DNA from: Nitrospirota bacterium
GTDB lineage: Bacteria > Nitrospirota > Thermodesulfovibrionia > Thermodesulfovibrionales > JdFR-86
NCBI GenBank assembly: GCA_963721805.1
Contig: CAVRJY010000001.1
Coordinates: 1,152,001 to 1,216,000 of the forward strand
DNA length: 64,000 nt
Reading direction: 5' to 3'
Below, one piece after another: positions 42,611 to 52,752 of this stretch (its first letter is position 1; every line of letters begins with the position of its first letter). The notes beneath the pieces were generated by a model that made no database searches, was not told where the DNA came from, and saw nothing but the letters and a program-made list of their open reading frames with translations. The translations under genes were made by a program, and so were the position numbers.

Positions 42611-43208
42611 TGAGCGGGGCGTCGATCACGGTATTGATGAAGTTGATCGTCGTGACGTCCTTGCCGGTCTCCTCGATCCTGATTCCCTTTAGGTACTTCT
42701 CGTCGTCCCTGAACGTGACGATGATGCGTTTGATCACGCTCCTGGCGGGGTTCTTCGAGTTAGGCGTAAATTCGAGCGCGAGCGGGGCGTGGCTCAGCAC
42801 GCGGACGTCGTTGTCCTCCGTTAGCGCGGCGAAGTCCCCGGTAAACCAGACATTCAACTGGTTCAGGACGTTTTTGAGTATCGGGTTTCCGACGAGCGAG
42901 ACCTCTTGCACCTTGCCGGATTCCTCGTCCCACTGGCGGATGAATTTGTCCGTCATGAGCACGCCGTAGCGGATCGGGCTGTCGACGTGCCATGCGACCT
43001 TGTTGGGTTTCTGGAGGTAAATGCGCCCCTTGATCGTGAGGCGGTGCTTGAACATCGCGAGGTCCTTCTCCTGCACGAAATCGGTCTTGAGCGTCTTAAA
43101 CGCCGAGACGTGCGAGCCTATAGTGCGCAGGAGCGCCGGGACGTCCTCGGCCGCATACAGCGGCGTTGCGATGAGCAGAAGGCATATAACTGCAAGTGCG
43201 CGCCGCAT
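42576..43208 (-). CDS. LolA-like periplasmic lipid/lipoprotein carrier
   Basis: Signal peptide; DFVQEK, G.IYLQKP.KVAW..DSP. Confidence 0.82.
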   Translation of the reverse strand: MRRALAVICLLLIATPLYAAEDVPALLRTIGSHVSAFKTLKTDFVQEKDLAMFKHRLTIKGRIYLQKPNKVAWHVDSPIRYGVLMTDKFIRQWDEESGKVQEVSLVGNPILKNVLNQLNVWFTGDFAALTEDNDVRVLSHAPLALEFTPNSKNPARSVIKRIIVTFRDDEKYLKGIRIEETGKDVTTINFINTVIDAPLNDGDFKVERGV

Positions 43209-44683
43209 CAATTGAGCCCCTTCTGCCAGATCTTGATCTCGCCCTGGGCGATCGTGGCCTCGCCGTTTTGGACCGTGCCGTGCACCAGGCCGAACTCGCC
43301 GAACTTGCCGAGCTTTCGGACATGGACGCGGAGCCTGTCGCCGGCCCTCGCCGTGCCCGTGATCTCGAAATCCTTGACCCCGATCAGGAAGCCATCGCCT
43401 GAGCCGCCCTCGCGGCCCATCGTGCGAAAGCCGTGTTGCGCCGCGATGGCCTGCGCGACGATCTCGACGTACGCGGGCTCGCCGAGCCTGCCGTCGGCCT
43501 CGACGAAGATATTGTCCGCGCCGATGTCGGCCTCGACCGTGGCCGAACGCTCGCCGACCTCGACGAGTCGGCTGATGAGCAGCATCGGCGGGCGGTGCGG
43601 CACGAGCATCGAGGCCTCGGCCGGTACGGTCATGATCTCGTGCTGCCGCGCGATGTTCCTCCAGCACAGGGGGTCGGAGGCGAGGTAGTCGCCGGTCATC
43701 TGAAACGCCGCGCCCCGGCAGCCGTAGCAGTTGTCGATCCGCTCGCACTGGCGGCACGGACCCTTGATCGTCTGCCTATAGCTCTTGAGGTCTCCGATCA
43801 CCTCGCTCTCGCGGATGATCTCCCTAAGCGGCTTTTGCCGGATGTTGCCGACCGGGATCGTGACCCCCACGCATGGCTGCACGTCACCGAGCGCGTTTAC
43901 GGCGCACGAGAAGCGGTGCCTGAGGCACTCGCCTCCCGCGAGCGGCGGCTGCGGCGTCCAGTCCTTGCCGTACTCGCGGTCTATGCCCGCAAGTTCGGTG
44001 AAGAGTTCCTTCACGCGGTCGCTCTCGACATAGAGGTTGTCGTTTTCGCGCGCGTTTCCCTGTGGGGTGATCATCTCGAAGTAGGGGTTCAGACCGTTTT
44101 TGCGGAGCCAGCGCCACATGGCCGGAAGCTCGGCGAGGTTCTGGCGGCAGACGATAGTGCTGATCCCAAGCTCGCTGCCCTCCGAGGGATACCCGGCCTC
44201 GCGCAGGTTCCTGAATGCCTCCTGTATCTGAAGGTACGCGCCTTTCTTGCCGGAGAGCGTGTCCTGGAGCTTCTCGTCGAAGGTGTTCATCTTAAGCGCT
44301 ACGGTCACGCCGTGGGCATGGAGACGCCGCGCGTTCTCTAAGGTCATGTTAGTCCCGTTCGTGAAGATCTCGACCGACATCCCGTGCAGCCGGATGAAGT
44401 CTATCATCCCGGTGATGTGGCGGTAGAGCATCGGCTCGCCGCCGAGGATGATGATCTTCCTCGCGCCGAGCTCTCGGGCCTGCATGATGATGCCCTCGGC
44501 CTCCTCGCGCGTAAGCTCGATGCGCGGGTCGGCGGTCTTCGCTGCATAGCAGTAGACGCAGCGGAAGTTGCAGGCCTGGTTGAACTCTATCTCCATCGAG
44601 AGCAGGCGTCCCTCGCGGACCGCCTCCTCGACCTCGGCCTGCGAGAACTCCGCCCCGTATACGCGTCGATCGCAACTGCTCAT
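43208..44683 (-). CDS. Radical SAM/SPASM protein fused to a C-terminal hotdog (ApeP/FabZ-like) domain
   Basis: CNFRCVYC, GGEP; SPASM Cys (C..GDVQPC..CRQC....C.GCRG..DPLC); C-terminal LVPHRPPMLL...EIVAQAIAA. Confidence 0.88.
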   Translation of the reverse strand: MSSCDRRVYGAEFSQAEVEEAVREGRLLSMEIEFNQACNFRCVYCYAAKTADPRIELTREEAEGIIMQARELGARKIIILGGEPMLYRHITGMIDFIRLHGMSVEIFTNGTNMTLENARRLHAHGVTVALKMNTFDEKLQDTLSGKKGAYLQIQEAFRNLREAGYPSEGSELGISTIVCRQNLAELPAMWRWLRKNGLNPYFEMITPQGNARENDNLYVESDRVKELFTELAGIDREYGKDWTPQPPLAGGECLRHRFSCAVNALGDVQPCVGVTIPVGNIRQKPLREIIRESEVIGDLKSYRQTIKGPCRQCERIDNCYGCRGAAFQMTGDYLASDPLCWRNIARQHEIMTVPAEASMLVPHRPPMLLISRLVEVGERSATVEADIGADNIFVEADGRLGEPAYVEIVAQAIAAQHGFRTMGREGGSGDGFLIGVKDFEITGTARAGDRLRVHVRKLGKFGEFGLVHGTVQNGEATIAQGEIKIWQKGLN

Positions 44684-44686
44684 ATA

Positions 44687-45983
44687 TTATTTCCTCATAT
44701 CTAGAAACCTGATGGGTTTTCGGGAGTTGCCCGGATATATGCGTCCCATGATCTCGTCGTCAGCGACTATCACGACCTCCGGCCTGACGCGCAGGCGGGC
44801 TTGCAGCGCGTTCGTCACGTCCACGGGCGAGCCGCCGAACTCCGGGCTGACCGATATCAGCACGCGAAGCTCGTCGGAGAGCTCGTAGCCGCCGGATGAG
44901 ACCTCAAGGCAGTACTCGCTCACGCCCGACGATGGCGTCTAACACCTCAAACACCATGTTCGGATAGAGCGTCGTGCCTCGAAACTTCATCATCTGCTGC
45001 TTGCGGCCGAGGATCGGCCCTATGCGCGGCGTGTTGCGGCCGCACGAGCAGGGCTCGCTGACCAGAAAGCTCACGTCCCCGGTGCGGAACCTCAGCAGAG
45101 GCATCCCCTCGATCCCGAGCGGCGTGAGCACGATCTCTCCGGCCTCTCCGTCCGCAACGCGGCCTCCGGCGTCATCCACGATCTCGACTATAGCGAGTTC
45201 GGGGTGGAGGTGCCCGCCGCAGCCCCCGGTGCATTCGCAAAACGAGCTGATCGTCTCGGACGAGGCGTAGGTCGAAAATACCTTTGCACCATCCCATGCC
45301 TCGGCGAGCCTCTGCCCCAGCGGCGAGGGGCGCAGGTCGCGACCGCGCACCGGCTCGCCTATGCAGATCAGCCGCTTCACGCCGGATGCAGCCTCAGCGA
45401 GCCCTGAGCCGGAGAGGAACCTGCCGAGCTTCGCGAGGAACGATGGCACGCCGACTATGGCCGTGGGCCTGAGGCGCGAGATGATCTCGGCGTGGCTCTC
45501 CAGCGTGTTGAGGCCGTTACGGATCGCGGCCGCGCCTATCGCCCTGACGCCGAGGTAATACGCGAGCCCGGCTATGAAGCACCGGTCCATAGTGCAGGTA
45601 AGCAGGACGGTGTCCTCGGCCGTGAGCCCGGTCGACGCGAACGAGAGCTGCTCGTTATATGCGAGCCGGTCGAGGTCAGCTCTAGTGTACATGATGCGCG
45701 TCGGCCTGCCTGTGGTGCCTGAGGAGAGCACGATGTCCTCGATCTTCGAGACCGGCACCGATAGCAGCTCGTCGTTGTGGTCGCTAAACGCCTTCTTGTC
45801 AGTCAGCGGAAAATCCGCAAGGAGGTCGAGACCGAGCGGGCCCGTGGGAATATCCTTCAGCAGCCTGCGGTAATAGGGCGAGCGCTCCGCGATATAGCGC
45901 AGGTGCTCGCCCAGCAGGCGTTCCTGCATCGCGCGTATCTCGGCGGGAGTGCCGAACTCGATGGCTCCGGGCTTTGGGTTCAT
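44687..45983 (-). CDS. Phenylacetate-CoA ligase family protein, with an apparent +1 frameshift at ~44926
   Basis: SSGTTGRP, TYASSE, GMPLLRFRTGD, GTTLYP; removing one G gives ...DAIVGVSEYCLEV..., joining ORF 44687-44923. Confidence 0.85.
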
Positions 45984-46741
45984 GAGCCGGCCTCCATCAG
46001 GTCGAGTTCGTGCTGGATCGTATCGCGTATGCGGTTTTTGAGCGTGAAGACCTGCATGCCCTTGTAGTCTTCCTGTTGGACGGCCGGAAGCCTTCTGACG
46101 CGGATCGTACCGGGCCGGAGCATTAGCGAGCCCTTGCGGGGTATGTCCTCGCTGCCAGAGATGCAGACAGGCACTATCGGCGCGCCGCACTGAAGCGCGA
46201 GCCGCGCGAACGCCCCGTTGAAGCTCCCCATCCGCCTGCTTGCCGAGCGCGTCCCCTCGGGGAAGAACGCTATCGATACGCCCTGTCCGAGCAGTTCGCG
46301 GCAGCGTGAGAAAAACTCGTCCGGGTCCATGCGCTTGATGTTTAGATACCCCGCGGCCTTCGCGAACTGCCCGATCACCGGGATCTTGAACGGCCATACG
46401 TTTACGATCTGCACGATCTCGTAAGGGAACACGCACAGCAGGTATGCGTCCGAGGCCGAACGGTGGTTGCAGACGAATATATACGGCGCGCCCGTATCTG
46501 ACGCGTCGCCATGGTCCTCGTACCTGAGCCTGATGAACGGATACGGCATCGAGGTCACGATCTTTCCATAGAGGCTGATCGCGCGGCGGAAGTACCGCAT
46601 CGCGGTGCGGTGGCTCACGAAGGGCGCGCGTACCGCCACCCCTAGCGTCAGCAGCGGGATCGCCATGGCCGAGGCGGCCAGTATCAGGGCGTAGCTGTAG
46701 ATGCTGAGCGCCAGATGCCCTATCCGCCCTGCTGATTGCAC
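45980..46741 (-). CDS. PlsC-like lysophospholipid acyltransferase
   Basis: NHRSASD (HxxxxD), FFPEGTRS. Confidence 0.9.
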   Translation of the reverse strand: MQSAGRIGHLALSIYSYALILAASAMAIPLLTLGVAVRAPFVSHRTAMRYFRRAISLYGKIVTSMPYPFIRLRYEDHGDASDTGAPYIFVCNHRSASDAYLLCVFPYEIVQIVNVWPFKIPVIGQFAKAAGYLNIKRMDPDEFFSRCRELLGQGVSIAFFPEGTRSASRRMGSFNGAFARLALQCGAPIVPVCISGSEDIPRKGSLMLRPGTIRVRRLPAVQQEDYKGMQVFTLKNRIRDTIQHELDLMEAGS

Positions 46742-46743
46742 GG

Positions 46744-47001
46744 CTATCCGGCCATCTTCTGAGCTATGAATTTGTAGATGTCCGCAAGGGTGCGTATCTC
46801 CCTCACGCTCGCCTCGTCTCGGATGCTCACGCCGAAGGCCTTCTGGAGCGCGACGACGAGGTCGACCACGTCGAGGCTGTCGAGGCCGAGCTCGGTGAAG
46901 ATGTTGGCCTCGGGCACCAGCCTCGCGGGCTCGATCTCGAATGAGTCCTCGAAGACCTTGTTAGTTTTTTCTATGATTTCACGTTCTGTCATCTCAGTCA
47001 C
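46744..47001 (-). CDS. Acyl carrier protein
   Basis: LGLDSLDVVDLV. Confidence 0.92.
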   Translation of the reverse strand: MTEMTEREIIEKTNKVFEDSFEIEPARLVPEANIFTELGLDSLDVVDLVVALQKAFGVSIRDEASVREIRTLADIYKFIAQKMAG

Positions 47002-48230
47002 CTTTCTTCATCCGGCTGGAGCTTCCTGCATACGAGTGCGGAGTTTATCCCGCCGAAGGCGAAACAGTTTTTCAGTATGGTATTTATCGTCGCGTCCCTC
47101 CGGGCGGTCACGTGGTCTATGCCCGCGCAGTCGTCAGCGACGTTCTTGAGGTTCAGCGTCGGGTAGATCACGCCGCGCCGCATCATCTCGAGCGTTGCGA
47201 TCAGCTCCAGCGCGCCCGAGGCCCCCAGCGTGTGGCCCATGTAGCCCTTGAGGCTGCTCACCGGCGTGCCGTCGCCTATGACCTCGCGGATAGCGGCCGC
47301 TTCCTCCGCGTCGCCCTGCAATGTTGCTGTGGCGTGCGCATTGACGTAGTCCACTTCCGGGGCGGTGATGCCTGCCTCGGCCATAGCGGTGCTCATGCAG
47401 TATGCCATCGAGCCCCGGTCTGACTGGCTCATGTGGCTGCCGCTCCCGCTCGTGGCATAGCCGGTGATCTCGGCGTATATATGCGCCCCGCGCGAGACGG
47501 CGCGCTCGTAGTCTTCGAGCACCAAAATCCCCGAGCCCTCGCCGCATACGAGGCCGTCGCGATCACGGTCGAAGGGGCGGGGGGTGGCCTCCGGGCTGTC
47601 GTTATACCCCGCGGATGTGGCGTATAGCACGTCGAACGAGCCGGTCACGGTCGGGTGGAGCTCCTCGGCCCCGCCGCAGAGCAGGACGTCCTGCCGCCCG
47701 ATGCGGATCATGTCATACCCGGTTCCTATCGCCTGAAGCGCTGAGGCGCAGGCCGCGGCGGTGTCCATGATAAGCCCGTTTAAGTTCAGGTACTGCGAGA
47801 CGTTTGCGGCTGCGGTATGGGCCACGCACTGAAAGAACATCGTGGAGTTTAGCTTTGAGATGTCGTGGGCCGGGAGCATCGTCTCGAACACGTCGCTTAT
47901 GCTCTTGGCGCTGCCCATCGTCGAGCCTACGATGCACCCGGCGCGGCGCTCGGGCAGCTCGGTTATGCCCGCATCAGCCAGCGCAAGCCCCGCGGCCTGT
48001 GCGGCGAATATGCTCATGCGGCCCATCGTGCGGCGCTTCTGCCTTGGGATGAGCTTTTCGTCCGTGACCTCAGCAGGCGCTCCGACGAGGCTTTTTAGCC
48101 CCTTGTATGCCTCCCATCCGGGCATCCTGCGCACGCGGCTCTCCCCTGAGGCGATACCGGACATCATCGCCTCGGTGCCCTTCCCAAAGGGCGAGACCGC
48201 GCCCATCCCCGTGATGACGACGCGCCTCAC
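46998..48230 (-). CDS. Beta-ketoacyl-ACP synthase (FabF/ApeR-like)
   Basis: RVVITGMG, AAACASA, HATAT, KGYMGHTLGASG, FAFGG. Confidence 0.93.
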   Translation of the reverse strand: MRRVVITGMGAVSPFGKGTEAMMSGIASGESRVRRMPGWEAYKGLKSLVGAPAEVTDEKLIPRQKRRTMGRMSIFAAQAAGLALADAGITELPERRAGCIVGSTMGSAKSISDVFETMLPAHDISKLNSTMFFQCVAHTAAANVSQYLNLNGLIMDTAAACASALQAIGTGYDMIRIGRQDVLLCGGAEELHPTVTGSFDVLYATSAGYNDSPEATPRPFDRDRDGLVCGEGSGILVLEDYERAVSRGAHIYAEITGYATSGSGSHMSQSDRGSMAYCMSTAMAEAGITAPEVDYVNAHATATLQGDAEEAAAIREVIGDGTPVSSLKGYMGHTLGASGALELIATLEMMRRGVIYPTLNLKNVADDCAGIDHVTARRDATINTILKNCFAFGGINSALVCRKLQPDEER

Positions 48231-49726
48231 CGGCCGAGCCCCCGTTCTATGAAGCCGTCGAGCGTTGCGCCGTCGAGCACCGAGCGCGCCACGATGAACG
48301 AGGACATCATCGCCCCGATTATGCCGGGCAATAGCGAACTCTGCCCGGCGGCGAGGAGGTTTCGCAGCGGGAGCTCCGAGCGCAGGTTGATCTGCCCGAG
48401 CTTCTGCTTGATGCCATAGGCCGAGCCGTCGGGGCTGTGCAGGTAGTCCCTGAAGGTAAGCACGCTCGCGGAATCGAGCACCTCGATCTTCGATGAATAT
48501 TGGGGGAGCATCGCGCATATGCGCTCTATCATGCGGCCGGTCTTGGCCGCCTTGAATTGCCGGTAGTCCTCCGGCCGCTTGCCGGTCGTCGTGTCTGCCC
48601 ATCGTGCGGCGGAGTCGACCGAGGCGGGCTCAAAGAGGCTCAGCACCTTGCGGGGCCTGCCGTGCACCAGCTCGATGGATTTCATCAGCAGTATCGCGGA
48701 GTCCGGTATGCCCTGATCGAGCATGCGGTTGATGTCCGCTTCGGGCATAATGGTCAGCAGCGAGCGGCCGAAGTCCGCCTCCTCGAACTCATCCGGCAAT
48801 ACCGAGAAGACCGAGAAGAAACCCGTAGAGGACTCAAACGAGCTGACGCGCTCCCTGAACGCCGGGGATACGCACCCCGGAGGCAGGAGGTCGATGATCC
48901 CCTTGGGGTGGATCGTGAATACGCAGTGGCCGGCCGCGATCTCCTCTCCGGTGCTGAGGATAAAACGCTTTACGCGCTTGCCCTCGATCTCGGCGAGTTC
49001 GCTGATACGGCAGCCGGTCTGGATCTCGATGTCCAGCCCCCTGGCGCGGGCCTTGAACGCCTTGATGAACGCCTCGCCGCCGTCTTTGACGCGCGCCATC
49101 GACTCGTACAGCCCGATGCTCATCCTCGCGTGGTTCGCGAACGAGACCTCGGAGGGCTTGGTGCCGTAGCACATCGCGAATACCGACAGCAGGGCATGGA
49201 GCGTGCGGTTTGGGCTCAGCGAGTCCAGTACGCTTTGGAGGCTCACGAAATCCTCCTCGATATGGGTGTGCTTGGCGCACAGCCTGCGGAGGTCCATCGA
49301 GGGCGTCCGGGAGCATACGTCGCGGAGCATCATGAAATATTTATCTATCGCGGCGGCCTCGGAGGGGAAATACCCCGAGAGCTTTCGCCTTATGCGGTCT
49401 ATTCCGGCGGGGATGTCATACCTGAGCCCTGTGTCTTCGAACAGGAGGGAGCTCGCGGAGTCTTCCTGAAGGAACTCAGGCTCGATCATCCCCTCGATGC
49501 CGAGCACGCGGAGGATGTCGTTGAGGATGCCGCCCGGCTCGAGCCCGCCGCTAAAGTGAAACCCCGTATCGAACGGGACGCCCTGCAGCCTGAAGCGGGA
49601 CATCGAGCCGCCGATTATAGGGGCTGCCTCGATAAGCAGGACCTTGCGGCCGTTGAGGCCGAGTATGAGCGCCATCGTCATGCCGCTGATGCCGCTGCCT
49701 ACGACAATGGAGTCGAACCTCCGCAT
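48227..49726 (-). CDS. Phytoene desaturase (CrtI)/retinol-saturase-like FAD oxidoreductase
   Basis: VVGSGISG, FDTGFHFSG, GSAYG, AGQS..PG..GA. Confidence 0.85.
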   Translation of the reverse strand: MRRFDSIVVGSGISGMTMALILGLNGRKVLLIEAAPIIGGSMSRFRLQGVPFDTGFHFSGGLEPGGILNDILRVLGIEGMIEPEFLQEDSASSLLFEDTGLRYDIPAGIDRIRRKLSGYFPSEAAAIDKYFMMLRDVCSRTPSMDLRRLCAKHTHIEEDFVSLQSVLDSLSPNRTLHALLSVFAMCYGTKPSEVSFANHARMSIGLYESMARVKDGGEAFIKAFKARARGLDIEIQTGCRISELAEIEGKRVKRFILSTGEEIAAGHCVFTIHPKGIIDLLPPGCVSPAFRERVSSFESSTGFFSVFSVLPDEFEEADFGRSLLTIMPEADINRMLDQGIPDSAILLMKSIELVHGRPRKVLSLFEPASVDSAARWADTTTGKRPEDYRQFKAAKTGRMIERICAMLPQYSSKIEVLDSASVLTFRDYLHSPDGSAYGIKQKLGQINLRSELPLRNLLAAGQSSLLPGIIGAMMSSFIVARSVLDGATLDGFIERGLGR

Positions 49727-49731
49727 GCGCC

Positions 49732-50454
49732 CTACATCGCCAGACCGCCGTTTACGGCGATCACCTGTCCATGGATGTACATCTCGGGCTCGGTGCAGAG
49801 GAAGTTCACGACCGAGGCGACCTCGCCGACCGAGCCCACGCGGTTAAGCGGGATCAGCGGTATCACCTGCTCCTTGGGTATGTGCGCGGTCATGTCCGTA
49901 TCGATGAAGCCGGGGGCCACGACGTTTACGAGTATGCCGCGCTTGCCGACCTCGCGGGCGAGCGCCTTCGCGGCCCCGATCAGCCCGGCCTTCGAGGCGG
50001 AGTAGTTCACCTGCCCGGCCTGCCCGATCTGGCCCGAGGCCGATGAGATCACGACTATGCGGCCCTTCCTGCGCCTGAGCATCTCAAAGACCACGGGCTT
50101 GACGACATTGAAAAACCCGTCGAGGTTCGTCGAGAGCACCGCGTCCCATTCGTCTTTTTTCATCATCGCCATGAGGTTGTCGCGCGCGATGCCGGAGTTG
50201 TAGACGAGCACCGCGGGTGTTGCGGATTCGAGCCTGCCTGCAAGCGCGGCCGCGGTCTCGTCATAGGACGCGACGTCAAACGCAATGAGCTCACAGCTGC
50301 GGCCCATGGCCTCGATCTCGGATTTCACCTCGGAGGCGGCCACGGAATTTTGTTTGTACGTGAGCCATATATCGAACCCGGAGCCCGCAAGCCGCAGCGC
50401 TATTGCCCGTCCGATGCCGCGGCTTCCGCCCACGACCAGTGCGATTTCGGCCAT
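49732..50454 (-). CDS. fabG: 3-oxoacyl-ACP reductase
   Basis: GGSRGIG, GIARD, YSASK, VAPGFIDTDM. Confidence 0.93.
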   Translation of the reverse strand: MAEIALVVGGSRGIGRAIALRLAGSGFDIWLTYKQNSVAASEVKSEIEAMGRSCELIAFDVASYDETAAALAGRLESATPAVLVYNSGIARDNLMAMMKKDEWDAVLSTNLDGFFNVVKPVVFEMLRRRKGRIVVISSASGQIGQAGQVNYSASKAGLIGAAKALAREVGKRGILVNVVAPGFIDTDMTAHIPKEQVIPLIPLNRVGSVGEVASVVNFLCTEPEMYIHGQVIAVNGGLAM

Positions 50455-50480
50455 GTCTCTCCCCTGTGGTACGCTTAGAT

Positions 50481-50533
50481 ATTACAATAATACGGTAATG
50501 TTAATTATCCCTGAAAATCGCCCGGTTTTTCAA
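50481..50533 (-). promoter_or_regulatory. Putative internal promoter (TTGAAA-18-GATAAT) with an ATTAC-N9-GTAAT palindrome downstream, upstream of fabG
   Basis: The only sizeable (~95 bp), AT-rich gap inside the cluster. Confidence 0.45.
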
Positions 50534-50549
50534 CCGAATCCGGGGCTTA

Positions 50550-51578
50550 TCAGGGTTTTTTCAACGATATCCAGCCCCTTGAGCCCGCGCAGTCGAGCCT
50601 CAGGCAGCGGATGGATTTAAGGGGGACGGCGGGGGAGGGCTCATATAGTTTGATCCCCGAGGGGTTTTCAGTGACGGGGTTCGGGAACCCGGCCCCGCGC
50701 CGCAGCATCAGGGCCGAGGCCGTGAGGTGAAACGCGCTTGAGCTCATAGAGCTGCCGAATACCGGCGAGTATGAGGCCACGGGCATGCCGTCAGGTATAG
50801 CGGCCAGGTACCCGGACTCGTCCGGGAGCATGCCGTCCGTGTCGATAACGAGCAGGCTTTCTGTCGCCGCGTTTTCATCGAACCCGACCGCAGCGATCCG
50901 GGCGATAGCATCGCCTGAGCTTTGAGGGCCGAGAAGGAAAAAGGCCGCGCCTTCGCCGGGCACGCAGCCCGTCCGGTTAAACCCGAAGGGCGAGATCCGC
51001 TCAGATGGGTGGAGCATCCGGCCAGCGACATGCCCGAGCACCTCGCCGTACTGCTCGACGCCGCCCACTAAGACATGCTTGCACCTGCCCTCGCCAATCC
51101 AGAGCCCGGCAAGCACGAGCGCGTGGTGCAGCGAGAATGCGAACTCGGTGATCGTCACAGTCGGCCCCTGTATGCCGAGCACGGATGAGATGTATGACGC
51201 GGCGGCGTTGTGCACGGAGTTGGAAAACGTGGTCGGCGATACGCCCGCATCCCCGTAGTCGAGGATGTCGTCCAGAAACTCGAAGGTCGTGACGTGCGCG
51301 CCTAGCGCTGTAGAGACTATCACGCCGGTATCGGCTGGGTCGATTGCGCCGAAGCTCGCGGCCTCGGACGCGGCGAGCACGGCCATCTTGCTTAGCTTGT
51401 CCGCGCGGCGGATTTTTTTTAGGGAAGGGTCCGTGACCCCGTCGAGCGATACGCGGCAGGCGTACCGCCCCTTCTCATCGGGTGCGGCGAAGCTCCGGGA
51501 GTTAATGAGCGCGTCTTCGAAGCTCTCAATTCCGCGCCCGCCCGCGAATATCGTCCCTATACCTAGTATGTCGATCAT
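50550..51578 (-). CDS. Ketosynthase chain-length-factor-like protein
   Basis: IRRADKLSKMA, VSPTTFSNSVHNAAAS, PGEGA; lacks the catalytic Cys. Confidence 0.82.
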   Translation of the reverse strand: MIDILGIGTIFAGGRGIESFEDALINSRSFAAPDEKGRYACRVSLDGVTDPSLKKIRRADKLSKMAVLAASEAASFGAIDPADTGVIVSTALGAHVTTFEFLDDILDYGDAGVSPTTFSNSVHNAAASYISSVLGIQGPTVTITEFAFSLHHALVLAGLWIGEGRCKHVLVGGVEQYGEVLGHVAGRMLHPSERISPFGFNRTGCVPGEGAAFFLLGPQSSGDAIARIAAVGFDENAATESLLVIDTDGMLPDESGYLAAIPDGMPVASYSPVFGSSMSSSAFHLTASALMLRRGAGFPNPVTENPSGIKLYEPSPAVPLKSIRCLRLDCAGSRGWISLKKP

Positions 51579-52747
51579 GAATAGAGCCCTATTACGAGCG
51601 CGGAGTTGTTGCCCCCGAACGCGAGCGAAGTGGATATCGCATGCCTGCCCTCGACGGCGGTCCTTTGCGTAAGCGGCGTGATCGGGATGCCCTCGTCCCG
51701 GTTTTGAAACCCGGCAGAGGCCGGGAGCCATCCCTCACGGAGCCCCATCGCCGTGAACGCAGCCTCGAGCCCTCCTGCAGCGCCGAGCGTGTGGCCTGTG
51801 TAGCCCTTGGTCGAGAGCACCTTTGCATCGTTGCCGAAAATATTGGCGAGCACCGCGCCCTCGACCTTGTCGTTCTCCATCGTGCCGGTGCCATGGGCAT
51901 TGACGAACGCGATCTCAGCGGGCGATATCGCGGCCTCCTGCATCGCGCGGTATATCGCCTTCGTGAGCCCCCGGCCCCCGGGGTGGGGAGAGGTCAGGTG
52001 GTATGCGTCGGCCGCTGTGCCGTAGCCGAGCAAGCGGAGGTCAGCCCTCGCGCCTCGCCTTCGGGCCGAGCCTTCGCTCTCGAGCACGAGCACGCCCGCG
52101 CCCTCGCCGAGGTTGAGGCCGCGCCTGTCGCGGTCGAAAGGCGAGCAGAGGCCGGGGTTGACTATCCCGAGGCTGGAAAACCCGCAGTACGGTATCCGGT
52201 TGAGTTCGTCCGTGCCCCCGGCTATCGCGATCTCACACAGCCCGGCCCTGATCCATGAGAGCGCGACGCCTATCGCATCGGTGCCGGATGAGCACGCGTT
52301 TGCGACGGTCATACGAGGCCCGCGAAGGCCAAGCATTTTTGCCAGCGCGGCGGCCGGGTTGCCCTTCAGGAACCGCTCTACCGCGTCCATCGGGGCGTCG
52401 CCCGCCCGGCGGTATTCGCTGTAAAACGCGAGGTCATTGAGCTCGCAGGCTACCGTGGTGCCGATAGCGATGCCCGCGCCCGCCATATCGCCCTGCTCGA
52501 GCCCGGCGTTCTCAAGCGCCTGCCTGACAGCATGCAGAGCGAGCCCCAAAGACCGCTGACCAGTCAGATGGTATTTATCCGGTAAATTTCGCACCTCGAA
52601 GACCGGGTGCCGAAGCGGGGTTTTAAACAGGGTGGGGGGCGCTGCGTTTCTCCTCGATGCCTCGAATGAGGCGAGGGTCTCCCGGTACCCGGCCCCCAGA
52701 GCCGAGATCATGCCCATGCCGCTTATGACGACCCCGCGCTCCCGCAC
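51575..52747 (-). CDS. Beta-ketoacyl-ACP synthase (ApeO-like KS)
   Basis: ANACSSG, DAYHLTSP, HGTGT, KGYTGHTLGAAG, AFGG. Confidence 0.93.
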   Translation of the reverse strand: MRERGVVISGMGMISALGAGYRETLASFEASRRNAAPPTLFKTPLRHPVFEVRNLPDKYHLTGQRSLGLALHAVRQALENAGLEQGDMAGAGIAIGTTVACELNDLAFYSEYRRAGDAPMDAVERFLKGNPAAALAKMLGLRGPRMTVANACSSGTDAIGVALSWIRAGLCEIAIAGGTDELNRIPYCGFSSLGIVNPGLCSPFDRDRRGLNLGEGAGVLVLESEGSARRRGARADLRLLGYGTAADAYHLTSPHPGGRGLTKAIYRAMQEAAISPAEIAFVNAHGTGTMENDKVEGAVLANIFGNDAKVLSTKGYTGHTLGAAGGLEAAFTAMGLREGWLPASAGFQNRDEGIPITPLTQRTAVEGRHAISTSLAFGGNNSALVIGLYS

Positions 52748-52752
52748 GTATC

